From assembly GCA_963798845.1 (NCBI GenBank), contig CAWCUS010000002.1, positions 640,001-704,000 of the forward strand: DNA of 64,000 nt. The letters run 5' to 3'. The notes beneath the pieces are model-generated. The model did not search any database. It was not told the DNA's origin and worked only from the letters and a program-made list of their open reading frames with translations. Of this stretch, positions 41,064 to 52,127 are shown piece by piece (the stretch's first letter is position 1; every line of letters starts with the position of its first letter). Source of the stretch: an uncultured Gemmatimonadales bacterium (GTDB taxonomy: Bacteria > Gemmatimonadota > Gemmatimonadetes > Longimicrobiales > RSA9). The translations under genes and the position numbers were made by a program.

Positions 41064-41738
41064 ATGATGGAGTTCGCCGATACCCAGGACCGGACCGCCG
41101 ACTACCCGGTGGCTGTCCGCGTTCCCGCCCAGACCGAGCAGCGCAACCGGCTGACTGCCGCGTTCCGCTTCTTCTTCGCCCTGCCTCACCTCATCCTGGT
41201 GGGCGGGCCGGTGGCGGTGATCTTCTCCGTGGACTGGAGTTCCGACTCCAACTGGCACTTCGGCTACGGGTCGGCCGGCCTCGTGGGATGCGTCGCGACA
41301 CTCGCGGCCATCGCTGCCTGGTTCGCCATCCTCCTGGCTGGCGCCTATCCCGAGAGCCTGCGCCGGTTCGCCGCCTTCTATCTTCGCTGGCGCGTCCGCG
41401 CCATCGCGTACATGACCCTCCTGCGCGACGAGTACCCGCCGTTCGGCGATGCACCGTATCCGGCGGAGGTGGACCTGCCATTGCCGTCGGGGCCCAGGGA
41501 CCGCCTCACCGTGGCGTTCCGTTTCTTCCTTGCGCTGCCGCACATGTTGGTGCTCTGGCTGCTCAGCATTGCATGGGCCTTCACCACGGCGCTCGCGTGG
41601 GTCGTCATCCTCTTCACGAGGCGCTACCCCGAAGGCCTCTACGGCTTCGCACTCGGCGTGTTCGCCTGGAGCGTGCGCGTGGAGGCGTACATGCTGCTGC
41701 TTACGGACGAGTACCCGCCCTTCAGCCTGAGGGCCTGA
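41064..41738 (+). CDS. DUF4389 membrane protein (two internal repeats)
   Basis: RL..AFR..ALPH...Y..LL.DEYPPF occurs twice. Confidence 0.85.
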   Translation: MMEFADTQDRTADYPVAVRVPAQTEQRNRLTAAFRFFFALPHLILVGGPVAVIFSVDWSSDSNWHFGYGSAGLVGCVATLAAIAAWFAILLAGAYPESLRRFAAFYLRWRVRAIAYMTLLRDEYPPFGDAPYPAEVDLPLPSGPRDRLTVAFRFFLALPHMLVLWLLSIAWAFTTALAWVVILFTRRYPEGLYGFALGVFAWSVRVEAYMLLLTDEYPPFSLRA

Positions 41739-41916
41739 CCCCAGGCTGGAAGCTCCAGCTCAGCGGACTGCGCGGCGCGGTCCGCCGGCTCCGCCGCCGC
41801 CCCGCGCCCGCCGCCCCCGACCATCCGTCGGGCTTCGGGCGTCCGCCGGGGCGAGAACGAGCGGCCGACCCCTGCCCAGGGGCCGGCCGCTCGAGCATGG
41901 GCGGGCCTGGTCCCGC

Positions 41917-43218
41917 CTACTGTCCGCTTCCTCCGCCGGGACGCGGCCTTGCGTGGCGCGGTATGGAGGAGCCGCGGCTCGGCGCCTTGACGTGGACCGG
42001 GGTGGGCGCGCGGGCCTGCCGGTTCACGGTGCCGCCGCCGTTGGGGCGGGGCTTGGCATGGCGCGTGGACGACGACCCTGAGCGGACCGCTCCGCCGCTC
42101 GACCCTCCGGAGGGCCGGCGCACCGCCGGCGGCTTGCCGCTCGTGCCCGAGCCGGGCCGCGTGTAGCCGCGGCCCTTCACGGCACGTCCGCGGCCGAGGT
42201 CGGGATGGCCATCGCTCGGCCTCACGACCACGATGCCGCCCCGTGGCCAGCGGTAGTAGCCGCCGTAGCCGTATCCGTAGTAGCCGGGATAGCCGTAGTA
42301 GCCCCGATAGCCCCAGAACGGGTCGTAGTAGTACGGGAACGCGAGGCCGAAGCCCCAGCCGTAGCCGATCCGCCAGTACCCGACCGGGTAGTAGGAGTCG
42401 CGGCCGTACGGACCGTATCGGCCGTAGCGGTAGGCGCCTTCCCGGTCGATGCTGGCCACCTCGAAGTGGTCGGGGTAGCTCACGGCCACGGCCACGTCGA
42501 TGACGTCTTCCGGAACGCCAGCGTCGGCCAGCCGGACCAGGTCCTCGGCCTCGAAGCCGAGTGGCTGGTTGCGCTCGGCGATCAGCGCCTTCACCGCCTC
42601 GGCGTCGACGGCATCGGCCGCTTCGATGATGTCGTCCACCGAGAGCGTCGCCGACGCCGACATCCGCGCCGATTCGATGGCGCTCGCGCGACCCTGGCTC
42701 GGGTCTGCGAGCCCTGCGTCGGTGGCCAGCGACGCCGACGTCCCCTGGTAGCGCTTCACCACCGCGGCGTCCTGAGCGTCCGATGAGACAGTGCGCACCT
42801 CCAACAGCTCCGTGGGCGACGCCATCGCGAGGATGCCGGTGAACTCACGCACGCCCGCACCACATTCCTGCCGGCTGTGGACGTACACGCGCGCCAGATT
42901 GTCCGAGAAGTCCGCCCGCTCCACGACGCCGCACCCATCCCGCCGCACGATCGACTCCCGATCGGCGCTGAGGGTGCGCGAGTCGACCACGTCGGTCCCC
43001 CTGACCGTCACCAGACGCACACCGTCCGCCGTCGGCAGCACGCACAGGCCGTCGGCGTCTTCCCCGTCCTCCTCGGGCTGCCAGCAGCCCACGAACGGCA
43101 GCCAGCGGCCATCCACCGCCTGCGCCATCGCGCTAGCCGGCGTGAACGCCACGCCGACCAGCAGTCCCAGCGCCGGCGCGGCGAACGCCGCTCCGAACCC
43201 TCCATGCCGTGCCGTCAT
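41917..43218 (-). CDS. Exported protein with Tyr/Gly-rich segment and Arg/Gly/Ser-rich tail
   Basis: GGGAGG RBS; signal peptide ending AMA-QA; low-complexity C-terminus. Confidence 0.75.
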   Translation of the reverse strand: MTARHGGFGAAFAAPALGLLVGVAFTPASAMAQAVDGRWLPFVGCWQPEEDGEDADGLCVLPTADGVRLVTVRGTDVVDSRTLSADRESIVRRDGCGVVERADFSDNLARVYVHSRQECGAGVREFTGILAMASPTELLEVRTVSSDAQDAAVVKRYQGTSASLATDAGLADPSQGRASAIESARMSASATLSVDDIIEAADAVDAEAVKALIAERNQPLGFEAEDLVRLADAGVPEDVIDVAVAVSYPDHFEVASIDREGAYRYGRYGPYGRDSYYPVGYWRIGYGWGFGLAFPYYYDPFWGYRGYYGYPGYYGYGYGGYYRWPRGGIVVVRPSDGHPDLGRGRAVKGRGYTRPGSGTSGKPPAVRRPSGGSSGGAVRSGSSSTRHAKPRPNGGGTVNRQARAPTPVHVKAPSRGSSIPRHARPRPGGGSGQ

Positions 43219-43231
43219 GATCGTCCTCCCT

Positions 43232-43987
43232 CTACATGCGAACTGCGAGACCCACCACCGCCCGCGAGCCGGACAGGTCAATGGGGTCGAAGCCCACGAA
43301 GTCCGTTCCCTTCAACGTCGCCGTCGCCCACGCATACCGGTACTCGACCTTCATGAGAAGCCGTGCCGACAGCGAGAGCTCTGCGCCCGCAAGCACGTGC
43401 CCTTCCGGCCCCATCCCGCGAGCCGTCAGGTGATCCGTGAAGATCCCGAGGTCATCGAAATCCACGAAATCCCCGCTCTGCTCGAAGTCGTACCACACCC
43501 AGCCGCCGCCCGCACCCACGTACGGCGACCACGCGCGCGGGACCCACGCGTACCTGCTGATGCTGCGCCCCCGCGGGAAGAGGTAGCCCTTTACCGTCAG
43601 CGTCAGAGGCGTGCGCGCCAGCTTCGTCATCTGCTCGATCGGCAGGCCGTTCGTGTCCACCCAGTGCCGGAACTCCGACGGGCGCGACGCCTGCGCGTAT
43701 TCCACGCCCGCCGCCACGTCCACCCGCTCCGAGGCCCGCCACGCCAGCTCGCCACCGAACGTCCCGGAGCGGAAGTCGCCGCGCTCCACCGTGAGGTTCT
43801 CGCGCGTGAAGTCGAACACATCGCTGGACTCACGCGGGAGCGCGTATCCGCCCCACACCGTGAACGTCAGCGAGGGGCGCCGGAACAGGAAGTCCTGGGC
43901 AAGGGTGCGCGTCGGAAGGACCGTCAGAAGCGGAATCGAGGCGATGAGCCCTACCAGGGGGATCCATCTCGGCGAGCGGTGCAGCAT
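43232..43987 (-). CDS. Outer-membrane beta-barrel protein
   Basis: GGAGGT RBS; signal peptide; amphipathic strands, SPYVGAGGG, VEYRY. Confidence 0.8.
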   Translation of the reverse strand: MLHRSPRWIPLVGLIASIPLLTVLPTRTLAQDFLFRRPSLTFTVWGGYALPRESSDVFDFTRENLTVERGDFRSGTFGGELAWRASERVDVAAGVEYAQASRPSEFRHWVDTNGLPIEQMTKLARTPLTLTVKGYLFPRGRSISRYAWVPRAWSPYVGAGGGWVWYDFEQSGDFVDFDDLGIFTDHLTARGMGPEGHVLAGAELSLSARLLMKVEYRYAWATATLKGTDFVGFDPIDLSGSRAVVGLAVRM

Positions 43988-44346
43988 CTTCACCTCCGCG
44001 ATCTCGGACCTCGGCCGCCGGTGGACCTGGTGGAGGCCTCGCTTGCGGCGGTCCGGTGTGCCGACTTCGGCGCGTGCAACCAATGTGCCTCCGTGAATTC
44101 CGCGTCATTCCGCGAAAAGCTGTCCGCGAGGCGCGGGACGCGTCCCCGTTCTACTACAATCCATGTCATCCGAAGAGGACAATCGACGGGTGGCGGACGC
44201 CGCGGCCGTTCCCGACCCGCGCCGGGGTGCCGCCGTTCACGCCGAGGGATGGTCGCAATGTGGCGAAGCGGCCTGGTCCTGGAGGTCACCTGCCGATTGC
44301 CCGCGCGGCCCGGGTGGGGCAACTTGCCTGACCACCGGGAGAGGCC

Positions 44347-45708
44347 ATGCGTGACCTGCGGACGACGCGCCGGAGCGGCAGACCCTGGCTGATCGGACGC
44401 GTGCTCACGCTGAGCGTCATGATCGGCGTGGCCTGCCTGCTGGTGCGCATCCCGGGCGACCCCGGACCGGCCGGGACCACGATGCGGCTCGGCTTCCTCC
44501 TGATCGTCTCCTTCCTCGCGGGTCGGGTGGTCCGCGGCGTCGCGCTGCCGCAGATCACCGGCTACATCCTGATCGGCATCGTCGTCGGTCCGCAGGTGGC
44601 GGGCATCATCGACGCGGTCTCGATTCGACGGCTGGACATTTTGAACGAGATCGCCCTGAGCCTGATCGCCCTCTCCGCCGGCGGCGAGCTCCGGATGCGC
44701 ACGGTGAGGACCCGTATGCGGAGCATCGGGCTGATCACCGTCTCACAGCTCCTGATCGTCTTCGGCGTCACGGCAGCCACGGTCTTCGTGGGGCGCGGGC
44801 TGTTCGACTTCCTCGACGGTCGGCCGCCGCGCCTCGCGCTCGCCGCCGCGCTGCTCTTCGGGCTGGTGGCCGTGGCGAAGTCGCCCGCCACGACCATCGC
44901 GGTCATCACCGAGGAGAAGGCCAGCGGGGCGATGACCGACGTGGTGCTCGGCGTCACCGTGATCAAGGACGTGATCATCCTCATGCTGACCGCGCTGATG
45001 ATCCCGCTTGCCGTCATGATCGCCCGCCCGGGAAGCCACTTCGACGTGCACGCGCTGGAGGCCGTGGCCATGGCCATCGGGCTTTCGCTGGCCATCGGCA
45101 CCCTGTTCGGGTTCACCATCAGCCTGGTGCTGCGTCGGGCGCCCCAGCAGCAGGTGCTCCTGGTCCTCGCCGCGGGCTTCCTTTCCGTCGAGCTCGCCGA
45201 GGCCGCCGGGCTCGAGTACATCCTCCTGTCGATGGCCGCCGGCTTCACGGTGCAGAACTTCTCGGCCGAGGGCGCCGGGCTGGTGGCGGCCCTGGAGAAG
45301 AACTCCCTGCCGATCTATGCCCTGTTCTTCGCCCTGGCCGGCGCCAACCTGGACATCGTGGCGCTCGCCCACGTTTGGAAGATCGCCCTCGTCCTGCTCG
45401 TTGCACGGGTGCTGAGCCTGTGGCTGAGCACGGCCGCGGGCGCGAGGCTCGCCGGCGCCGGCAGCGCCATGGAGCGACACGCGTGGACCGGGTTCATCGC
45501 CATGGCCGGCGTCACGCTGGGCATCGCCAACCTGATCCGCGAGCGCTTCCCCGAGGTCGGGCCCGCCATGGCCACCATCATCGTGGCGATCATCGCCGTG
45601 AACCAGCTTCTGGGGCCGCCGCTGTTCCGAAACGCGCTAGTCCGCGCTGGCGAGGCGGGGCAGGCGCTGCCCCGCCGCACGCCCTCCCCCCTCACCATCG
45701 ACCGCTGA
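44347..45708 (+). CDS. Cation:proton antiporter (CPA family)
   Basis: LPQITGYILIGIVVGP, ALSLIAL.AGGEL, V.KD, FFALAGA; many TM segments. Confidence 0.88.
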   Translation: MRDLRTTRRSGRPWLIGRVLTLSVMIGVACLLVRIPGDPGPAGTTMRLGFLLIVSFLAGRVVRGVALPQITGYILIGIVVGPQVAGIIDAVSIRRLDILNEIALSLIALSAGGELRMRTVRTRMRSIGLITVSQLLIVFGVTAATVFVGRGLFDFLDGRPPRLALAAALLFGLVAVAKSPATTIAVITEEKASGAMTDVVLGVTVIKDVIILMLTALMIPLAVMIARPGSHFDVHALEAVAMAIGLSLAIGTLFGFTISLVLRRAPQQQVLLVLAAGFLSVELAEAAGLEYILLSMAAGFTVQNFSAEGAGLVAALEKNSLPIYALFFALAGANLDIVALAHVWKIALVLLVARVLSLWLSTAAGARLAGAGSAMERHAWTGFIAMAGVTLGIANLIRERFPEVGPAMATIIVAIIAVNQLLGPPLFRNALVRAGEAGQALPRRTPSPLTIDR

Positions 45709-45848
45709 GCGGAGCCGCCCCGGGTCGAGGCCGCGGCCACGTGCCTGGAAGGGCCCGTTTCCGGGACCCGCCCTCGCGGTTCCACGCTCGTCGTCGTCAG
45801 GGCTCGAGGAGCCGGCCGTTGCCGGGACCATGGGACACCGGCGTTCAC

Positions 45849-45877
45849 TTGACCCGAGCGCCCGTGGAAGCGACGTT
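45849..45877 (+). promoter_or_regulatory. Candidate promoter of tRNA-Gly
   Basis: TTGACC-17-GACGTT; weak -10. Confidence 0.3.
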
Positions 45878-45956
45878 CCCATCCTGCTCGCCGCCTCACG
45901 GCGGAATTCGGCAGGGCAGGCCCGGGTCCGGCGTGGTTCCGCCGGGAGAGTTCCAG

Positions 45957-46030
45957 GCGGGAGTAGCTCAGTTGGCTAGAGCATCAGCCTTCCAAGCTGA
46001 GGGTCGCGGGTTCGAGTCCCGTCTCCCGCT
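45957..46030 (+). tRNA. tRNA-Gly(UCC)
   Basis: GCGGGAG/CTCCCGC acceptor, anticodon arm TCAGC-CTTCCAA-GCTGA, T-arm GGTTCGAGTCC. Confidence 0.97.
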
Positions 46031-46043
46031 CTTGTGGGTCAGA

Positions 46044-46077
46044 GAAGCCCCGGCGCAATAGCAGCTGCCGGGGCTTC
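46044..46077 (+). terminator. Hairpin after tRNA-Gly
   Basis: GAAGCCCCGGC/GCCGGGGCTTC 11-bp stem. Confidence 0.6.
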
Positions 46078-46198
46078 CCTCATCCTCGGGCGAGGTGGGC
46101 GGGCGGGAGGGTCCGGGTCCCCGCGCCGCCGCCGCTGGCGGGGCCGCCCCCGGCCGTTATACACTACGGCCCGCGCTTCCTTCGAACCGGCGGATGGG

Positions 46199-46420
46199 AT
46201 GGAACTCCACGAGGCGGGTCCCGGAGGCCGATCCGGGGCCATCGAAACCCTGGGCGACGAGGTGGGAGAGGCGCTCTGCGCCCGACCGCACCCGCTGCTG
46301 GACAACGTGAGCTGCCAGCGCATGCGCGGGCATCCCGGGCGTCACGGGGCGCTGGTCGACACGTCCTCGGCCGAGATCACGCTCTCCTGGGACGTCGAGG
46401 ATCCCGCCGACGCGGAGTGA
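46199..46420 (+). CDS. Small hypothetical protein with Cys/His cluster
   Basis: CARPHP...CQRMRGHPGRH; start uncertain. Confidence 0.45.
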   Translation: MELHEAGPGGRSGAIETLGDEVGEALCARPHPLLDNVSCQRMRGHPGRHGALVDTSSAEITLSWDVEDPADAE

Positions 46421-46435
46421 CGGTTCCGGGGCGGG

Positions 46436-46942
46436 TCACTGCTCCGGACAGAGGGCGTGCTTCAGCGCCACGGCGCGCGGGGCGCGGGAGGTGACGATGG
46501 CGCCGGGCTGCAGGGCATCGCCCGCGGCGCGCACGGTCCCCGCCATCCGCTGGCCGTCCAGCGCCACCCGGACCACGAGGGCGCCCCCGCCGGGATGGCC
46601 GATCTCGACCGAGTCGGATTCGGCGACGAGCCAGTAGGCGAACGGGAAGTCCTGGTCTCCGTCGGGCGTGAGCGTGGCCGCCTGCCGGGCCTGGCGCTGC
46701 GCCATGGCAGGCCACCCCTCGAGCGGCTGGTCCGAAAGGCGAACTCCCCACGGCAGGTTGAGAGAGTCCGCGGTGGGCGAGCGCTCGAAGTAGTAGCAGC
46801 CGGCCAGGTCCTGCGCGGACAGATCGTGCTGCGCGCTCGCGCACGCGCCCAGGATGGTGACCATCGCCAGGGCCCCGGCTGCGCCGGCGGCCCTCGCCCC
46901 CGGTGGCGGTATCCTCATTCGACTCTCCTTGCTCGGCGTCAT
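46436..46942 (-). CDS. Hypothetical lipoprotein coupled to the protease
   Basis: ILGAC lipobox; ATGA overlap with the protease stop; start may be slightly downstream. Confidence 0.75.
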   Translation of the reverse strand: MTPSKESRMRIPPPGARAAGAAGALAMVTILGACASAQHDLSAQDLAGCYYFERSPTADSLNLPWGVRLSDQPLEGWPAMAQRQARQAATLTPDGDQDFPFAYWLVAESDSVEIGHPGGGALVVRVALDGQRMAGTVRAAGDALQPGAIVTSRAPRAVALKHALCPEQ

Positions 46943-48714
46943 CGCAGCTGGATCGTCTCGGCGCGTCCGTTCTTCCCGAGCACCATCACCGGCCCCATGT
47001 AGAGCAGGTCACGCCCGAGCTTCGGCCGCTCCTCCGCGGCCCCGGCGCGCGCGCCGGCGGCGAGGCTGAAGGGGTCGGCCGCCGCCAGGTTCACCGCGTA
47101 GCCCAGGTCGGCGAAGGACGCGATCGTCACCTTGCTGAGCGGCTCGAAGACGCCCGTCTGTTCGACGTACCCCGTCATGATCTCCCGGTTGAACACGGCC
47201 TCGCTCCAGTGCGCGTCCCGTGTCCCCTCTCCGCCGGTGGTCTCGAGCGGGACGTTCCCGGTACGGCCCAGAACGTGGTACTGCGACACGCCCTGCTGGC
47301 CCGTGTAGGTAGGCGTGGGGCCGCCCTCACCGTTGATCAGGTTGAGCCGCGTCCAGAGGGTGCCGAAGCCCAGGATATGGCCGATCTCGTGGAAGATGAT
47401 GTCGGTGAGCGTGCCGGTCCCCACCAGCGGTTCCAGGTCGGCGACGTCGAGCGTCAGGATCCCGGCCACCGGCAGGCTGCTGCCGCCCCGCAGCGCGCAC
47501 GGGCCCGCCTGTCCGAGGACCTGCCCCGCGCCGTCGATCGGCGCGATGTTGATGAGCACCAGCACGTCTTCCACCGTGGTCCCGTTCGCCGCGTCGCCGA
47601 ACCCGCCGCAGTAGCTCGGATCGAAAAAGCCCGCCGGGATGGTGTCGGCCGGGACGTCGCCCGTGAGCACCTCGTCCCACCGCGCCACTGCCGAATCCAC
47701 GTGCGGCCGGATGTTGGCCGGGATCGGGACCACTGGGTACGGGGTGATCTCGTAGCTCGTGGTCCGGTTCGGCACCACGGCGATGGTGAACGTGGCTTCC
47801 CCGCTCTCACCGGCGCTCGTCGCCCGCACGGTGAACGTGGCGGTGTCCGCCACCGCGGCGGTCCCGGTGATCGTCCCGCCCGGACCGAGCGACAGGCCCG
47901 CGGGGAGCGATCCGCTCACCAGCGACCAGGCGTAGTCGCTGCCGATCCCGCCGCTGGCCGCGAGACTGACCTCGTACAGGCCGCCCTCCATGACCGGCGG
48001 AAGCACGAGCGTCTTCACCGCCACGGGCGCCGGCGCCGCCAGCACCTTGATCACGTATCCGCGATGCGCCAGCTGCTCGTCGCCGCTTTCCAGCTCCACG
48101 GTGAACACCGCCGTCTGCGCGGTCTGCGGCGTGCCCGAGATGATCGCCCCGTGCGGCTCGGGGGTGGGCGACTCCGCATCATTCAACGCCAGCCCGGCCG
48201 GCAGTGAGCCCGCGCTCACCCGCCAGGAGTACGAGCCGTCACCGCCGACGCCGTGCACCGCCACCGAGTACGGATACCCGACGACCGCGAAGGGAAGGGA
48301 GTCCGTCGTGATGGCCAGCTCCGCGTACGTTCGCGCGGATTCCGACGAGGTGTACTGCGAACACAGCGTCCCGTTGCACGCCTCGACCCGGTACCGGTAC
48401 TCCGTATCCGCCGTCAGCGCCGTGTCCACGTACACCCGGACATCGCCCGCCACGGTGTCCAGCGGCACGTACGCCCTCGAGTCCTGCGCCCGTTGCAGCA
48501 CGAACGCGTCCGCCCCCGCGCCCGAAGGCAGCGTCCACGACACCTGGATCGACGTCATCGACACCGGCGACGCCGATACGTCCTCCGGCGCGGGCGGAGC
48601 GACGACCGGCCCCGTCCCCGAATCGCACCCGCCCAGCAGGGCCAGTCCCACAACCACCACCCCCGACCACAGGAATGGCGCACCCCCTCGCGCTCGTGTC
48701 TGCATGCGGCTCAC
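46939..48714 (-). CDS. Leishmanolysin-like (M8) zinc metallopeptidase lipoprotein with FN3 and two Ig-like (He_PIG) domains
   Basis: LLGGC lipobox; FN3 (VSW...YRYRVEACN); GSLPAGL.L twice; [23 protein letters not shown] Met-turn. Confidence 0.9.
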   Translation of the reverse strand: MSRMQTRARGGAPFLWSGVVVVGLALLGGCDSGTGPVVAPPAPEDVSASPVSMTSIQVSWTLPSGAGADAFVLQRAQDSRAYVPLDTVAGDVRVYVDTALTADTEYRYRVEACNGTLCSQYTSSESARTYAELAITTDSLPFAVVGYPYSVAVHGVGGDGSYSWRVSAGSLPAGLALNDAESPTPEPHGAIISGTPQTAQTAVFTVELESGDEQLAHRGYVIKVLAAPAPVAVKTLVLPPVMEGGLYEVSLAASGGIGSDYAWSLVSGSLPAGLSLGPGGTITGTAAVADTATFTVRATSAGESGEATFTIAVVPNRTTSYEITPYPVVPIPANIRPHVDSAVARWDEVLTGDVPADTIPAGFFDPSYCGGFGDAANGTTVEDVLVLINIAPIDGAGQVLGQAGPCALRGGSSLPVAGILTLDVADLEPLVGTGTLTDIIFHEIGHILGFGTLWTRLNLINGEGGPTPTYTGQQGVSQYHVLGRTGNVPLETTGGEGTRDAHWSEAVFNREIMTGYVEQTGVFEPLSKVTIASFADLGYAVNLAAADPFSLAAGARAGAAEERPKLGRDLLYMGPVMVLGKNGRAETIQLR

Positions 48715-48930
48715 TCTCCATGTCCGTCAGCCGACCCGCGTGCCAGCAAGTCGGATTCCACGGTCAACGTACACCAGCAGAGCACCGAACGCTCCCTGCA
48801 GCACGATCCACCTCGCCTGACCCGATCCGTGACGGGCGGAAAGAGAGCGTCGAGACCAGGCGATTTCCCGGGGTTCAGGTGCGGCTGCGCGCCCCCCTGG
48901 AGGGGCCGTTCGGCGAGCAGGCGCGCGGTG

Positions 48931-48959
48931 TTGACACCCCCACCAGCCAATTGTATACT
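48931..48959 (+). promoter_or_regulatory. Sigma70 promoter of the tRNA-Thr-tuf operon
   Basis: TTGACA-17-TATACT. Confidence 0.85.
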
Positions 48960-49126
48960 ACCGATCTGTCTCCACGGCCGGGGTTCGCCCCGGTCCGCCG
49001 TTGCCGGATCTCCGGTGAACGGCTCGACGGACGCGCCGCACGGCTCAAGGCCGGGACGCGTCCGTGCCGCGACAGGCGTCAGGGGACAGGGCGACCCGGC
49101 CACCGCCGGGCGCCGAGCGCGCAATT

Positions 49127-49198
49127 GCTCGCGTAGCTCAGTGGTAGAGCGCTTCCTTGGTAAGGAAGAGGTCGCGGGTTCAATCCCCGCCGCGAGCT
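49127..49198 (+). tRNA. tRNA-Thr(GGU)
   Basis: GCTCGCG/CGCGAGC acceptor, anticodon arm CTTCC-TTGGTAA-GGAAG, T-arm GGTTCAATCC. Confidence 0.97.
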
Positions 49199-49307
49199 CG
49201 TTGTTCGCGACCAGCAGCCAGCCGGCAATGGCCCGGGGCGGGCCGACGTCGGCTGCTGATCGCATGGACAGAAGCGAAACTGAACCGACACCACCTCGAG
49301 GGAAGCG

Positions 49308-50495
<1,188 letters not shown>

Positions 50496-50638
50496 AACCG
50501 AGGGCCGAGAGCCGGCGTCCCCGCACCGCCAAGCCGTTGCGCGTCGAGGACCCTGTTCCTGGTACCCGGAACTTTCCGGGCTGGCCGGAGTAAGCTCCAG
50601 GCTCGGCCCCAAAAAGATGCAACGAAGGTAGAGAAAGA

Positions 50639-50791
50639 ATGCCGCGCGACAAGATCATTCTCTCCTGCACGGAGTGCCAGGAGCGGAACTACCACACGAC
50701 GAAGAACAAGCGGCTGCACCCGGAGCGGCAGGAAACGAAGAAGTACTGCCGGCGGTGCAACACCCACACCGTCCACAAGGAAACGAAGTAG
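50639..50791 (+). CDS. rpmG: 50S ribosomal protein L33 (Zn-ribbon form)
   Basis: Own translation: [50 protein letters not shown]. Confidence 0.97.
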   Translation: MPRDKIILSCTECQERNYHTTKNKRLHPERQETKKYCRRCNTHTVHKETK

Positions 50792-50793
50792 CC

Positions 50794-50997
50794 ATGGCTT
50801 CGATGGCCGGCGTCCGTCGTTTCGTGGACGACACGGTGGACGAAATGAAGAAGGTGACGTGGCCGGACGTTCCGCAGCTGCGCAACTCCACCTTCGTCGT
50901 GCTGGTGTTCGTCACGATCGTGTCGGCGATCATCTGGGTGATGGACGTGGCCGCGCGCGGCGTGCTACAGGCGATTCTGAGCGTGTTCGCGGGGTGA
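50794..50997 (+). CDS. secE: Preprotein translocase SecE
   Basis: EMKKVTWP plus one TM helix; lies before nusG. Confidence 0.95.
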   Translation: MASMAGVRRFVDDTVDEMKKVTWPDVPQLRNSTFVVLVFVTIVSAIIWVMDVAARGVLQAILSVFAG

Positions 50998-50998
50998 G

Positions 50999-51550
50999 AT
51001 GACGGAAGAGGCGCGCTGGTACGCCATACAGACCTACTCGGGGCACGAGAACAAGGTCAAGAAGCTCATCGACATCCGGATCTCGGAAGAGGCCGGCGAG
51101 GAGCCCGAGGAGAAGCAGATCCAGGAGGCGCTGGTTCCGACCCAGGACGTGACCGAGATCCGCAACGGCAAGCGGGTGCAGGTTACGCGGCGCCTCTACC
51201 CCGGGTACGTGCTGGTGAAGATGCTCTACAACCAGCGCACCATGCACGTGATCAACAACATCCAGGGCGTGATCAAGTTCGTGGGCGGAGGCGCGGAGCC
51301 GCAGCCGCTGCACGAGGAGGAGATGCGGAAGATCCTGGGTGTCGAGCCGGAGCTGCAGGAGGAGGAGCAGCACGAGCAGGTCCCGTTCCACGCGGAGCAG
51401 GTGGTGGAGGTGACGGACGGGCCGTTCAAGGATTTCAGCGGCACGGTGCAGGAAGTCTATCACGACAAAGGGAAGGTGAAGGTCGAGGTGAGCCTGTTCG
51501 GTCGCCCGACCTCGGTGGAGCTGGACTACACGCAGCTGAAGGGGTACTAG
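50999..51550 (+). CDS. nusG: Transcription factor NusG
   Basis: [21 protein letters not shown] region DGPF..F.G, FGRPT.VEL. Confidence 0.98.
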   Translation: MTEEARWYAIQTYSGHENKVKKLIDIRISEEAGEEPEEKQIQEALVPTQDVTEIRNGKRVQVTRRLYPGYVLVKMLYNQRTMHVINNIQGVIKFVGGGAEPQPLHEEEMRKILGVEPELQEEEQHEQVPFHAEQVVEVTDGPFKDFSGTVQEVYHDKGKVKVEVSLFGRPTSVELDYTQLKGY

Positions 51551-51634
51551 GGCGCCGTACGCGGCGCGTGCGTCGCCCGAGCAGCGGGAAGCGGGAACAG
51601 GAAGCGGCAGCAGGCAGGAGGACACGCAGGGGAC

Positions 51635-51674
51635 GGCTGTGGGAGCTTGGGCGCTCCCTGGCGCAACCACGGCC
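51635..51674 (+). promoter_or_regulatory. Probable L1-binding leader upstream of rplK
   Basis: GGCTGTGG-GAG...CAA-CCACGGCC stem with an asymmetric internal loop (GUGGGAG...ACCAC pattern). Confidence 0.55.
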
Positions 51675-51701
51675 GAGACATTCACGGGAGCGAGGCGCAA
51701 C

Positions 51702-52127
51702 ATGGCCAAGAAGCAGATTGGGTTCATCAAGCTGCAGATCCCGGGGGCGCAGGCGAACCCCGCGCCGCCGGTGGGGCCCGCCCTGGGCCAGCACGGCGTG
51801 AACATCATGGAGTTCTGCAAGCAGTTCAACGCCCGCACGCAGCAGCAGGCCGGGACGGTCATCCCCGTGGAGATCACGGTGTTCGCGGACCGGTCGTTCA
51901 GCTTCATCACCAAGACCCCGCCGGCGGCGTTCCTGCTCCGGCAGGCGGCGAAAGTGGCGAAGGGGTCGGCGGTCCCGCAGCGGGACAAGGTGGGCCTGGT
52001 GAAGCGCTCGCAGGTGCGGGAGATCGCGACGCTCAAGATGCCGGACCTGAATGCGGCGAGCGTGGAGAGCGCGATGCGGATGATCGAGGGTACCGCGCGT
52101 TCCATGGGACTCACGGTGGTGGACTGA
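51702..52127 (+). CDS. rplK: 50S ribosomal protein L11
   Basis: [27 protein letters not shown]. Confidence 0.98.
   Translation: MAKKQIGFIKLQIPGAQANPAPPVGPALGQHGVNIMEFCKQFNARTQQQAGTVIPVEITVFADRSFSFITKTPPAAFLLRQAAKVAKGSAVPQRDKVGLVKRSQVREIATLKMPDLNAASVESAMRMIEGTARSMGLTVVD

Noticed and set aside
44160..44346. Possible cation riboswitch upstream of the antiporter
   Set aside because: Only generic GC-rich hairpins; no consensus I can match without an Rfam search.
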